A stretch of DNA of 64,000 bases from Balanoglossus misakiensis (lineage: Eukaryota > Animalia > Hemichordata): contig CM082582.2 of the NCBI GenBank assembly GCA_040954595.2, positions 2,774,303 to 2,838,302 of the forward strand. The letters are read 5' to 3'. Position 1 is the stretch's first letter. The number at the start of each line of letters is the position of its first letter. Below are positions 13,200 through 25,974 of this stretch, piece by piece. The translations under genes and the position numbers were made by a program. Under the pieces are notes generated by a model. That model ran no database searches. It was not told the DNA's origin and worked only from the letters and a program-made list of their open reading frames with translations.

Positions 13200-14565
13200 A
13201 AATAAAGATGTATCGCATTATAATATGTACAATAATGTCGTCTCTTAAAAAAAACCTTAAACGGACTCTTGACTTCAGTGATGCCCGGATTTGATGAAAT
13301 ATCGAAACGTACGGAAACGCAGAAAGTCAGTCAAAGAATTGTTTTACTATCAATCACGTGATCTGGCCATGTGACCCACGGCGTTGTCATTTCCAAGTGA
13401 CGGGCAAGCAATATTTCGCCATTCAGTAAAAGATTTTTCCGAGTATGTTTTTATTTTAAAAACCGCCAGACACGTACCATGTATCAGGTATAATGCCTCC
13501 ACGCTATTGAAGTTGCCCGTCATCTGGATATTTGAATGCTAACGTAACTGTGCCTGAGCGTGCGTGCTGCTGTACACGGGCGCGACAGCTTCACGAGTGC
13601 ATATAGCCGCGCCTATAGGCTCATGTCGCAATAGCAATAGATAGGACTTTCTACCTGCAAATCATGACGCACCAAGTATCAAGACATGCTGCCAATCATT
13701 TATAGTTTTGGTAATTCGACTTGTATTCCTTTCATGTGGAATTCTCGACAAGCATCTGAGCTCCCTTCAAAAATTACCGACGCCACGATCGCGATTGTCA
13801 GCAATTAAAACAATGCGGACATTTTCGCATCGTTCATTTCCGGGGATCAGTCTAGCTTGAACTGGGTTTGTATCGATGTCGATCTATAAACTTGATGATC
13901 GCGAATTCAGACATTTCAACGCCTATTTTGAGTAGCGATCCGCTCTCAAGTTGATAGGAAAATTATAGACAGGCCTGTGCCGAGCCGCCCCAGCCGTGCG
14001 CAAGTGGATTGACCGACGCGTGGTACGGTAGCCGGTCATGCATGCAGGATGACTGTTTTGCATGCTGCCGGCTGCGCCTCCAATCACAATTGCTTGAGGT
14101 CAAAGTCGTCATCAAGACGGTCCTGCCTCGCAGGACAAATGAAGTAAGAATCAATACACGCTGATTTCAGATCATAGTGAGGTGAATACAGCTTCTTTGT
14201 GCGAGATTGCGTTGTAGGGTTTACTTTACAGAGCATTGTCCGAAGTTTCGCGATCGCATTCCAGAGCTTGCACCTGTGCGCGCTTGGGAGAATTGAGCGT
14301 CGAAGTGGTTAGAGCGATCGGCCTCTTGCTTTCCAGTTGACCGTAAACAGTCTCTACTGTACTCGTGTGCAGCTAGACCATGGCACGGCCGTTATCGTTA
14401 TCTGTAATACCTAGCACCCTTTATAGGATTAGCTAAGGTGGTAAACTGTTGTGATTGGAGTGTGTTTTTAACGTACTGTAAGTTAAACATCGCAACTAGC
14501 CTAATGTTTGACTAGGAAGAGCACCTACTAATGCGAAAACCAGGGATTGAAAATTGCCCCTTTAA
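13200..14565. mobile_element. Putative right subterminal region and end of the Kolobok element
   Basis: CpG-rich non-coding tract downstream of the transposase that ends in aaattgcccctTTAA (14551-14565). This fits Kolobok RR...YY termini with a TTAA target. The partner TIR was not found in the window. Confidence 0.45.
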
Positions 14566-15313
14566 ACATCGACAGACAAATGACACATTTTTTCCCCTTT
14601 ATTTTGTTGAACAGAAGTAAAATGTTCTTGGAGAAGCAAATTTAAATTGTTTTGTGTTCTTTTCACAATTTTAGAAAAATGAAATATGACGACAAGTTGA
14701 CTGTAGAAACGGAAGGTTTGGGGTACTTTAGGCACATCACAGATAAATAAACACGAAACGCATTAATTTTTCAGCTGGAAAACTACAGCCCTAGGCCTGC
14801 CCATCAGTTTCCTCCCATAGACAACCTTCACAATGGGACACCATCCCTGGTTCGTTCAGGAATCTCCCTGGGTTACCTCCAGGGGACGTATAGAATGCAT
14901 TAGTGACAATTAAAACGCCATCGACTTTATCCTGTATTATTTTGTAATATTTTCACGGAATCTGAGATTGAAAATTAAGTATTCCAACCATCAGCAAGAA
15001 TTTACTTTCAAAAAATCTAACCGTTGAGAGCTATTTATAGAATAGAGTAATTTTGACATTAACGCCGAACCCTGTTGTTGAGTATTAAGATTTAATTTTA
15101 CATTTTCGATTAGTGATCTATTTCTTATGCATGAATGAAAAAAAAATAATTGACAGATCTCAGTCTTACAGATGTTTATTTTATCACCATGGTAACAACT
15201 TCTTATCGGTATATAGAGGGTTGTTTGTCTCGTATCGCGCTACTGATATTGAAAAGTAACCTTCCTAATTTCAACAAGCTGTAAATTTTATAGACGTGTA
15301 ACTCGTGCTCATT

Positions 15314-15333
15314 TTCTTCTTCTTCTTCTTCTT
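15314..15333. repeat. (TTC)n microsatellite
   Basis: ttcttcttcttcttcttctt run. Confidence 0.8.
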
Positions 15334-16330
15334 TTTAATTTCTGTGCCGACGGCTTCAGTGCCCAACGTTCGATTCTGGCAGGTGGTTTCGAAATTGGAT
15401 TGTTGTATATGTGGACCAACGGCTTGTGGTCTGTCACAATGGTGAATTTCTGACCATATACATACAAGTGGAATCGTTCGCATGCCCATACAACGGCAAG
15501 GGCCTCTCTTTGTGTTTGAAAATATCGTTGTTCGACTGGTGTGAGTGATCTGCTTCCGTAGCAAAGAACTCGTGGTGCGTCGTCGACGCGTCGCTTTTGC
15601 TTTTCTGGGTTAACATGGCTGCTATAAACCTACTGGGCTGGCATCTACAACTATTTCGGTTTCTTTCTTCGGATCGAAGTATGCCATGATTGTATCACTC
15701 ATTAGTCAGTTCTTGATGGTGATAAACACTTCTTCTTGTCAATCCGTCCACTCCCAAGGTGGGTCTTTTATGGTGAGTTGTTTGAAATAGTCCGCAGACT
15801 TACTGCTGCAAATGGTGAAAGAATTTTCTGTTGAATTGAAGTCTCTGAAAGTTTTAAGGAGGCGAGCTAGAAGACAAATCAAAAGAGCCCAGAAAAGGAT
15901 TGAGTATGAACTACTTTTTACAAACCAAACATTACCGTATTCCTTGTATGTAAAAAGTTTGGCTGTTTAAACAGTACTTTCAAGTAGTTTGAATACTGGG
16001 TTCGCTCTTATGTATAGGTCAATGTGCCTGTGCATGCGCTGATTAAGGGAGGTGTTGTCATAGCAACACACAGCCTTCCCTAGCCATACAGGAATGCTGT
16101 CTGTCACCTTTACATGATGGACCGTCCCCAACTTCCCCCAACCCACGGCTGTAATTACTGAAGCCTCCTTTAAAAGCATCAATTTGGGATTTTGAGAACC
16201 ATAGTCTGTTTGGACAGTGTTCATGTATACAAAATTTGGGTGTATTCCTGAGAACTTCAAAACTATATTTTTCTTCGTTAATTCATGAAAACGTTGCTAA
16301 TATCAGTTGCTACAAAAACCAAGTTAATTA

Positions 16331-16841
16331 AGCAATAAAACATCGTTCGTGCGTATAAGGAGTTGAACTGGTCAAAATCGAGTGGTATACCATGGCTGGA
16401 GTGTTTTATTGCTATCATATTATATCAACAATTGTTTTTGTGGCATATCAGTGTCATTTTCTTACCGAAATGGCGTCATAAAGAGAAATTACGATCGTGA
16501 ACCAACATGGCGACGATGAATGTAAACACGAGCGGCCGGGATCCAGCCGGGATCGAGCATTAAACATGAAGCAGACGACAAAAAGTGACAAGACGGGCAT
16601 CGCGCGTGGCAAAGTGAAAAATATTTCCACAGAGCAATTCCAAAATAAAACGTCCGTTAATTCAACAGTATTGTTGTTTTATTTATTTGGTTTAAACACG
16701 CGCGACTGTGGTTTTTGCTGCCATATGCTAGTTCAGCAGGGGCCCGTTTTAGCTCTGCCAGCAGTGCATTATGAGTATTTTACCATCGCTGGATTGAGCT
16801 CTCGTCCAATCAGAATTGCGGACGGTAGCATGATATAATAT
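16331..16841. mobile_element. Non-autonomous hairpin + IR element
   Basis: IR agcaataaaaca (16331-16342) / tgttttattgct (16402-16413), then IR atattatatca (16417-16427) / tgatataatat (16831-16841); ccaatcag motif near the distal end. Confidence 0.6.
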
Positions 16842-18438
16842 AATACTGTATATATACCATTTATATATTTGCGACAAAATTATTGTAATATATTGCCAAA
16901 GAAAACAATGGATTTCAAATAGAATTGTTTTATCAAATTCTGGATATATTTATTATTTAGCAGCATTCAAAAATGGCTAACGATGCAGTTTTTTATTTAT
17001 TAAATTCATCCATATCAAACACAGAAATGTTGTCTACCTAGGATAGGATGACTAGAACAATCATCTATACAAAGTCAGTCCCCCCAGATCAATGAGAATA
17101 AAAAGTGCCTTGCTCAAGGGCACAAAATCATTGAAGTTTATGCCATTTCCACTCAAGTTGGACTGGAAGTCAAATATGAAGACATTTGTTGGAATTTCTC
17201 TTATCTCATATACTTATCTGCATTCTGATTGTGAGCTGATATGTTATGAGGGATTTTATTCTGAAATTGTTCTTTTTGGTGCTATGGTCTATTTATTTCC
17301 TAAGTGTCACATTCCACTGGAATGAATTGTCTCTCCCCCCCAGAAAACAGCATCTAGACCCCCCCCCCCTGGGGATACCAAATGATGACTCCCTGAGTAC
17401 TTAACTCACTCCAAAATAAAATCAACCCAGTGCCAATTCTTCAAACATTTCAAGTAAAATTTGCCTGATAGAAGTTTCTCTTGATGAAAATCACTTGTGA
17501 CTCTGAAGTTTTGCACAGAAAAGAACTTTTCTTTTTTTCTTTCTTCAAAGGGTGGAAAGTGTACCAGTCACAAATCAACGTCGTAACCAGGGTAACTACC
17601 AATTTCATGTCAAAGTTCATACATGCTATCCTCTGCTCGCATTAATAGCGATGTTTTGGGCGATTTCTGAGGGAGACTACACTTTCTACATGCTCAATCA
17701 TGAAGGTAGCTGTGTTGTGATTGGTTATCTACACATTTGTCTCAGTCAGCAACCAATCAAAGCACAGCTTACTTTCCAGTAGTTGAGTGAAAAAAAATTC
17801 ATTAAGTTGGTTATTTTCACAAAGATCAGTCCTCCAAACTATTCCATGTTTTTGTATTAAAGTGTATATGAAGTCCATTTGAAAAAAAAAAGATTTTCAT
17901 CACCTTGGTTTCATAAAAAAATAAACAATGTTCACCATGGAGTTATAGCGGCCATTTTGAATTTCAAATTTGAGACAATTTTTGTCATTCAAATTTTTAC
18001 GGTGAATAATTAATCTGTATTCTTTGTTTTAAGCAAGAATAATCTAAAGTTGTATTGAGGAGAATATGACTGATTTTGAAGGTGCACATTAAAACCAAAC
18101 ATGAGAAGCAAGTAGGAATAGTTCATGTCTTGTATTGCAATAATTTGGCAGCCCGTGTTCAACTCGGGGGTGGGGGTGGGGGGGGGGTGGGGGGGGGGAA
18201 TGCTAACAATGGACACACATATACACAAAAGATTGCAAAAGTAAAAGATTTATTTTGAACACATCAAGGATTTTAAAAACCTATAAAGAATCTTTCTGGC
18301 TGTGAAGAAGCAGTAAATAATTCATTTCTCAAGTCCTCATGAAAAAGAGCTGTAAAACTGCAGTTATGGAAACTGCATTGCAAGGATTGGTAACAGATAA
18401 TATTCATATCCAAGATGAGGTCATACATGGAATAACAT

Positions 18439-18642
18439 TTAAAGGGACAAAATCTCTCTCTCGCTGCCATTTTTCTGTTAATTATGTTTGATACAAGACT
18501 GTGGATATATAGTGAATCAACATTCGACCACCCACAACTTCCATCCCACTTGTAGACACGAGAGTAAAACACTCGTCAAAATGAATAATCGGTCTCTACC
18601 GTTTATTCATTTTGGCGAGATTTTTACTCTTATATCCTTTAA
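18439..18642. mobile_element. Short Kolobok-type MITE flanked by TTAA
   Basis: TTAA-agggacaaaatctctctctcgctgcc ... tatcct-TTAA; the internal sequence matches 1725-1990 in inverted orientation. Confidence 0.6.
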
Positions 18643-20037
18643 ACAGGCATAATTTTGAATGATAAAGCGAAACTGATTCAAATTTTAAAATCAAGATGGC
18701 CACCATTCAATGTGTATTGAGAAAATTTGAAGTATTTTTATTTTTGAGAAAGCAAATTTTTTTCTGTTTTCAAAGTGACTCTTCCCACATTTTAATACTA
18801 AAAATATAAAGATATGTCGACCACCTAAATAGCATGTCTGCAAAATGTGAATGGTGATGTCTGTATTAGTTTATAATTCGAAATTAAGAAAATAGTTTCT
18901 CAATCCTAATATGAATGATCTTGAAGTGACAACTTGTGTACATAGAAAAAAGATGTTGAGAGTGTGTTCAATGTAAGAAAGCAAGAAGTGTATGACAACC
19001 TCTCTTAAATTGCATATTCTTGGTTAGTCATTTGCTTTTGGGAAATAGTACACATCAAAACTGAAGTCCAGAACATTACACAAAATCATTGTGAACATGT
19101 TCTTAACAAGTGTTTCAGATTTCTGCTTAAACTTATTGGAATTATTGTTAGTGCAATTTGAAACAAACTAACTCTTTACAAACTAATTTGGCTTTACAAA
19201 TCAGAGACATTGTATACTGACAGGATATGTATGTTTCAGCTTTTTTGGCTCAAAATGAACATCTGCAAAACATAGAGTGAATTTCCTAAATCAGTCAACA
19301 AACAAAAGTGATGTTTCTACTGAAGATATTGATGATCAGGATTAAAAATATTACTGTACAGCTTTTTGGTGAAAACAATAATTTGAATAAAAAATGTTGC
19401 AACAAATCACAAAAATCACTAGAATTTTAAAAAAATCAACTTTATTTTGCTATAATGGTCATTGATGTCATTAGCTGCAGTTTGTAAACTCAACATGACA
19501 ATTTCTTAGTTGTCACTTTCTCATAATTGTAATTGACTCACTTTATTTGCATGTGTCTCCATCCTGTGAAGCTGACATGACTTCATGTTCCTTAGAGTGA
19601 TTTAATTTGTAATTAACCATTAAATACACTTCAAATAGGTCAGTATCTGCAGGATGGTCTTGTACTGTATTTGGGTAATTCACTTTCTGTTATCTCATGC
19701 TAGATCTATGTCACAGATTCCATTCATTTATCTTTAGTTGTGTCACCTGTTGGTAGCTGTTTCTGCAATCACCATCTCCTCGTTGTACAGCCTGGTTATT
19801 GAGAAGACAGTAATGGTGGAGGGTGGTTTGGTGTATTGGCTTTGATTTCTCTGCAGGGCTTATAACAGTATGTGTGTACGGAACCTTTTCCTTGCACACA
19901 CACATTACGTTACTCAGTTAAATTTCTCAGACATTGCAACAAGTTCCATGGAAATACTGCCATCGTTTGCCATACTAATCAGAAATTGATATACTGACGT
20001 CACAATGGTCTGCTTCAGAGATGTTGATGTCATCATC

Positions 20038-21297
20038 TTAAGATGTAAGATGTAGATTAGCCATGTCACCTTCAACATCATGATGATCAGCTGACACACC
20101 AAGTTTTCGGAACATCTCATGTATTTCTTCTCTGGCAGCGTAGACATCACAACTTTCTTGCTCAAGAATTTTAACCAGGTTGGAAAATTTGCTCTTACAG
20201 AATTTCTTATCTGCAGTTGGCTGTTGGCCTGCACGTTGTTGTCCTCCACAGCCCTTGGACCAAACAGATAAAGCATGTTGTGTGTAGGATTGAATCGATG
20301 CACTGTATTGCCATGAATCCACCTCCATGCGAGGGATCCCCATCAAGTCTGCCATAGCCCTGTAGTCATTGCCGGATAAACGGATGATATCCATGATATT
20401 AGAAAATATCTTGAGGGCATCCTTCAGCATCCACTTGACATCACTTTCATATCCACTGTGTCGGAGGATGGTTGTATCATACCCAGCACAAAGCAAGTCA
20501 GTAGCTGCTTCTGAAATCACCATCTCCTCGTTGTACACCTTCTCATTCCTCTCTTCTGCTTCCCGAATTTGCTTCAATGTATAGAATGTGACATCTTCAG
20601 GGTTGCGATGGTTTCGAAGAGAATCTGAACTCAACACGTGGATGTCAAGTCTTGTACCAGGACAGCAGATCTCTAACACTTCATAGACAATATCAGTTAT
20701 TGTCTCTAATAATTTGTAGCATTCGCCGATTTCCTCTTCTTTCTCTGCTCTAACACAAACATGGATAGCTCTCCAACCGTTTGTCATATACACCAAGCCT
20801 TCTGCATTGTGACACACTTTGATGCCATTTTTCCATATACCACTTGTCCGTCGGTTGATCTTTCGGAAATGGCGTTCTATTCGGGCGTGAAGTCGGGGGG
20901 AAAATCCTGGCGAGAAACTATCAGCATCATCTCTGCATTGGAACCGTCTACCATAGTAAATCTTCTTAGTAGCATCCTGTTTCCATTGATTTGCAGGCAT
21001 ATCTGTGTCCAACAACCCAGGTATTACATACCCAGTTACAGTATTGGATTCAGAAATGACCTCGTAGAGAAGGTCAAACTCTTTGAGAAGATTTATCAGC
21101 AAATCAATATCTGCCAGACCATGGAAAACTTCCTCAATTTCGCTTCTCATATGTAAGGACTTCCGCGGCAAGCGGTTTGCAAACTGCTCAAATATTTCAG
21201 GAGCCAGCATGGGACCGAATATTCTAGAACATAACCATTGGGGATCAAGAACAATGACGTCATCTGAATCTGGTAGGGTACTCTCGATTTCGAGCAT
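20038..21297 (-). CDS. Terminal exon of a DAPK1-like ROCO protein gene (COR domain + death domain)
   Basis: 419-aa open frame. LDPQWLCSRIFGPMLAP, YVIPGLL, YYGRRFQC, FSPGFSPRLH and GIWKNGIKV are DAPK-type COR motifs; GNDYRAMADLMGI...WS is death-domain-like. A splice acceptor (ttttccccattgtttattcaaag) lies directly before 21297, so the ATG is probably an exon start rather than the initiator. Confidence 0.8.
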   Translation of the reverse strand: MLEIESTLPDSDDVIVLDPQWLCSRIFGPMLAPEIFEQFANRLPRKSLHMRSEIEEVFHGLADIDLLINLLKEFDLLYEVISESNTVTGYVIPGLLDTDMPANQWKQDATKKIYYGRRFQCRDDADSFSPGFSPRLHARIERHFRKINRRTSGIWKNGIKVCHNAEGLVYMTNGWRAIHVCVRAEKEEEIGECYKLLETITDIVYEVLEICCPGTRLDIHVLSSDSLRNHRNPEDVTFYTLKQIREAEERNEKVYNEEMVISEAATDLLCAGYDTTILRHSGYESDVKWMLKDALKIFSNIMDIIRLSGNDYRAMADLMGIPRMEVDSWQYSASIQSYTQHALSVWSKGCGGQQRAGQQPTADKKFCKSKFSNLVKILEQESCDVYAAREEIHEMFRKLGVSADHHDVEGDMANLHLTS

Positions 21298-21701
21298 CTT
21301 TGAATAAACAATGGGGAAAAATACTTATGTTTTGAGACATTTATTCAAATGAAATTGTGCATATATCTTAGTGACACACATACCAGTATGTAGATGTGTG
21401 CATGGCTGATCATACATAGGGAAACCGCGAAACCCAGGCCAAGTCTAGCCTTGCCTGGCCAAACCATCTCAGCTATAGTGATCGAAAAAAAACTCATCAA
21501 CGCCACAATATTGCCACTGGTGATTTAGGAACAATGTCAGGGCTATACCCACACTAGTGACACACATGGACCACAAAAACATGTTTATAGCAGAGGGCCT
21601 TTTCTGGGTTTTTTTCTCAGTCTTGAATCCCTGTCTAGATCCTCAGCAAAAGGCTCTGTCAAGACTTTCACCCCCAGATCCCTCTTAAGAGAACCCAGCC
21701 T

Positions 21702-23812
21702 GTGATTGGAACTGCGCCGAGTACTACAGCTGGCCTTCAAGGCGCAAGACCACGGCGTGTATGTACACTTTTCGTGTCCCGGCTGAATCCAGCAACAACA
21801 TGTGAAAATGTTGAGCGCTATGCTGCGGACAAATTTGATGTAGGTGTGAACTGTACAAAACTGAAAACAAAGTATGATATGTATGCTTCTTTTATGGTTG
21901 AATTATCTGATGTAGACATTAGAGTTGCCCTTGATCCTGTAAATTGGCCTCAGGATACTCTTGTAAGAAAATACTATAAATCTCAGACGCCATGACAGAA
22001 CGCAAAAATAGTTTACGGATTGTGTCATTTAACTGTCGCTCTGTGAAATCAAGCTTTCATTCTGTGTATGAATTGTGTGAAACCCATGATATTTGTCTTT
22101 TACAAGAACACTGGCTTGCTAAGGAAGAGATGTCAATTTTACATGACATACATCCGGATTTTATGTCATTCGGAGTATCTGCTTTTGATTCGTCTGAACT
22201 CCGTATTGGTAGACCGTACGGGGGGGGGGGGGGTTGCAATTCTTTGGCGTAGATCGCTTGGCAAACTTGCCAGTATTGTTGAGTTTGCTGATAGTCGCTT
22301 GCTTGGTTTAGTTTTAGAAAATGATACTGACAAACTTGTTATTGTAAACTGTTATTTGCCCACCAATACTAATGATAATTTTGAAGTGTTCAGTGAGTAC
22401 TTGGCGAAAATCAATTCCACTGTTTCTGATATTAACACTGGGAATGTCTTTTTTATTGGTGACTGGAATGCTGATGTAACTACTGATACAGGCTTTGGTC
22501 GTGAGTTGATGGAGCATTGTGTGCAATTTGGTTACATCGTTTCTGATGTTGAGCTGCTAGGCAGGGATTCTGGTACGTTTACTTAGATTAGCGATGCTCA
22601 TGGCAGTACTTCATGGATTGACCACTGTGTTACCACTGAAGTTTCTCATAGCAATGTTCTTTCAATTTCGAGTCTTTGCAATGTTGTTGACTCCGACCAT
22701 ATTCCTGTTTCAATAGAGGTTCATTTCAACACTTCTGCTGATGAAAGCTTCAGCAGTAGTTCCTTCAAGCAATGTAATTTTCGAGTTGATTGGAAAAAAT
22801 TGTCACAGCAGAATATATCCGCCTACACCCGTTGTACCAAAGCCAAGATTGATAAGATTAATTTATCCGAAGAGTTATTCTGCACTAGTGTGAACTGTAC
22901 AGACCCTTCGCATTTACAGGCAATTGATACTTGTTATAGTAGTATTGTGGATGCATTGAATTGTGCTGCAAAAGATACCATTAGGCGTAAGTTTCACCAG
23001 AAAGTTCATGTTGTACCTGGCTGGAACGATTTTGTAAAAGAAAGTCACGACTATGCCCGTTCCATGTTTTTATTATGGGTTAATGGGGGTAAACCTAAAC
23101 AAGGCCCGCTTTTTGAAACCATGAAATCTTCCAGAGCTCGTTTTAAGTATGCTTTACGTGCTTGTAAAAAGATTGAGAATCAAAATAGGGCTGACAAGAT
23201 GGCTGACAATTTACGCTGCCACAAACAGAACGACTTCTGGAAGGAAGTCAGAAAGCAAACTAGCAGAAAAACGCCACTTTCTGACACTGTAGGTGGAGCG
23301 ACTGGTGAGAGTGAAATTGCAATTATGTGGCACAAGCATTTCAGTGCTATTTTGAATTCTGTCCAGGCTCAGACTGGTAAAAATGACATCGAGGAGAAAA
23401 TGAAGTATGTTAACTTTTCTTCTGATATGTATGTTTCTGAAGACGAAGTAATTTCTGCTATACATAAGTTACCTGACGACAAGACAGCTGGCATTGACAA
23501 TATTTCAGCTGAGCACCTCAAATTCTCAGACTCCTCTATTTTACCCATTTTGACTTGTAGTATTAATGCTATGATTGTTCATGGTTACCTGCCAACTGAG
23601 GCTATCAAAGTTATTTTAGTTCCAATTATTAAGGATAAAACTAAGCTTTGTAGTGATGCCAGTAACTACCGGCCGATAGCACTAGCAACTGTTTTCTCTT
23701 AAGTTTTTGAGCATATTTTACTTTCTCGTTGTGAGGAGTTTCTTACCTCTCATTATTTACAATTTGGTTTCAAGCGAGAACATTCAACTGACCTGTGTTT
23801 ATTTGTTTACTT
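21702..23812 (+). mobile_element. L2/CR1-group non-LTR retrotransposon: ORF1 end, APE and start of RT; decayed and 3'-truncated
   Basis: ORF1 RRM-like LFVSRLNP...YASFMV overlaps ORF2 (21992) with APE motifs SFNCRS, LLQEHW, IGDWNAD, SWIDH and SDH. Pre-RT motifs KTAGIDNISAEHLK, NYRPIAL and QFGFK. Frameshift in the G-run at ~22219-22233 and stops at 22584 and 23700. Ends abruptly in satellite sequence. Confidence 0.85.
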
Positions 23813-23987
23813 CATTGGAGTTATGCTGCAATATAGTGCGGAAAATTTCTGACTTTTTCGAGTACACATCGTGATGGCGAATGGTTCAGGAAGGCTAGCC
23901 TTTTACCTGAAGGTGTCAACTGATGTTAGTTCGAGACCACTTTTTTCATATTTCTTTTTTTTCTTGAGAACTTTTAAAGACATCATC
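23813..23987 (+). repeat. Partial unit of the ~500-bp satellite
   Basis: cattggagttatgctgcaatatagtgcgg...gaccactttt matches the arrays at 25975-28858 and 59584-61135. Confidence 0.9.
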
Positions 23988-25974
23988 TTGGTGTCATGTT
24001 GAGTCATGAAAAATCAGTTGCTGATGATTTCAATTGGGCTCAGCGCATTCCAAAAATCTGTAGAATTCTGAAATCTTGGTCATTTCGTAAATTGTCCTAC
24101 AAAGGGAAAACCCTCATTATCAACTCCCTTGTTACGTCTACTCTGTGGTACCGGGCATCTGTTGTTTCGTTGCCTCAGCAACACATACAAATTTTGAATG
24201 AGCACATCTGTAATTTCTTCTGGAGCAAAGGTCATCACAGGGTGAAATATGATATCATCACTTCCGACATTCAAGATGGGGGACTTAAAGTCACAAATAT
24301 TCAAGACAAAGTGCATGCACTTCGTCTCAAGTGGTTGTGTAAATTGCTGGATAAAGATTATGTTCACAAATTCAAGCTGTTTTTCACCTACAACTTAAAT
24401 AAGTATTTCGATCTCAATTGTGGTGTTGACACTTTTAAAATGTTACTTTATCCTACCAACTTACGTCAGTGTTCTACATTTTACAGGGAATTGTTTCAGT
24501 CTTGGTCGCATCTTTTCAAATATTTTCGTGCACAACCAGTTTCCTACGATGAAGTTATCAATGAACCCATTTTTCATAACCCATTCATTACAAGTGTTGA
24601 AGGGCGCCCCCTGCCGATTATAAAGCTTTTCAGTTCAGCTGGCATTGTCAAAATCAGGGATTTGTTATACAATGGTCATTCCTGGGATCCTACCTGTTGA
24701 TGCAATTGGTGACGTGGTTTCATTGGCCCATCCTGACACTCCCACAAGCAATACTGTTGAGAAGCTGTACCATATTATCCTCAATTCAATTCCTCAAAAG
24801 TGGCATGATATTCTGCAGGGTAATTACAAAGATTATAACAAAGTGGACAAAAACCCGTCTCTTTTTATTGTTAATGCTCATGATCAACGTGTTCCTTTCC
24901 ATTCTCTTAAGGTTAGACACATTACTACAATAGCTCGGCATCTGAGAAAAACAGTGCCCACGGGTGTTCAGTATTGGCTCTTCCACCTGCCAAACTTTGA
25001 TTTTAGTAAGGTTTGGCCAGTCGTTTACACACATTTCAAGGATAATTACCTGGGTGATCTGGATTATCTCATTTGTCACAACGCTGTTTTTAGTAATCTT
25101 CGTCTTTATAAAGCAGGCAAAATCCTCAGTCCGACTTGTGACTTCTGCACATTTTTTCCCGAAGACGTGTATCATTTGTTTGTGTGCTGCCAGGCAGTTC
25201 AATCCTTGTGGCAACTTGTTTTTGAGTATATCTACAGTGCCAGTAATGTAAATAAGTTTAACCCAACAGATAGAATTCTAATGATGTTATTTGGTTATCC
25301 TGTCAATGATGACAAGTACGAGTACACGCTGATCAATATTTTATAGTCACTTTCACGTTATACAATTCATAGTAGAAGATTAGCATACAAGCGTTGTACT
25401 CGGAAAATCGACTTGATCAAGTTCTTTAAGTACAAATTAAAACAGAAAATCACTTTTGAATATAACAGGTGCAAAGCAAGTGATGATGTTGCGCTATTTG
25501 AAAGCATCTTTGCACAAAACAATGTACTTGTAACGGTAAAAGATTTTGACTTTACCTTAAATTTTTAAACAGTCTTTTTGTCTATGTTGTCACCTTCAGT
25601 TGAACCTGGCGCCCTCTGGTGTTACATACCATCTTTTTTACTGGTAATTGTTCCTGTAATTAAATTGTATGTCACAATTCCATGACAGATTGGAGTATAG
25701 GACTTACATAAATGATGGAATACTGTAATGCAATATTGTGAATTTAAAGATTGTTTATGTTGAATGATTTCATTACACATGCATTCATTCCGGTGAATGT
25801 TTTTTCATCAATATTGTAATGATTTGCAATAGTAGTGTAACATCTTGAAAATTTATGGAATTTATTTAATATGAATCTTTCACTGTAATTACAAGCTACT
25901 TGTAATGTACAATCTACTTTTAACAGGGCAAGCCAGTGGGCCTGTCCTTTTTTAATAAAAGATAAAACAAAAGT
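23986..25974 (+). mobile_element. Tx1/L1-like LINE, 3' part (post-RT region, zf-RVT, 3' UTR); left-arm copy
   Basis: WSFRKLSYKGKTLIINSL, GGLKVTNI and CDFC...EDVYHLFVCC. AT-rich 3' UTR ending aataaaagataaaacaaaa. Private TAG at 25344-25346. Confidence 0.9.

Noticed and set aside
15967-16260. 97-aa minus-strand ORF as a host exon
   Set aside because: No recognisable motif or convincing splice context.
17100-17126. aagtgccttgctcaagggcacaa resembling a SINE-associated motif
   Set aside because: Too short; no A/B boxes or boundaries could be defined.
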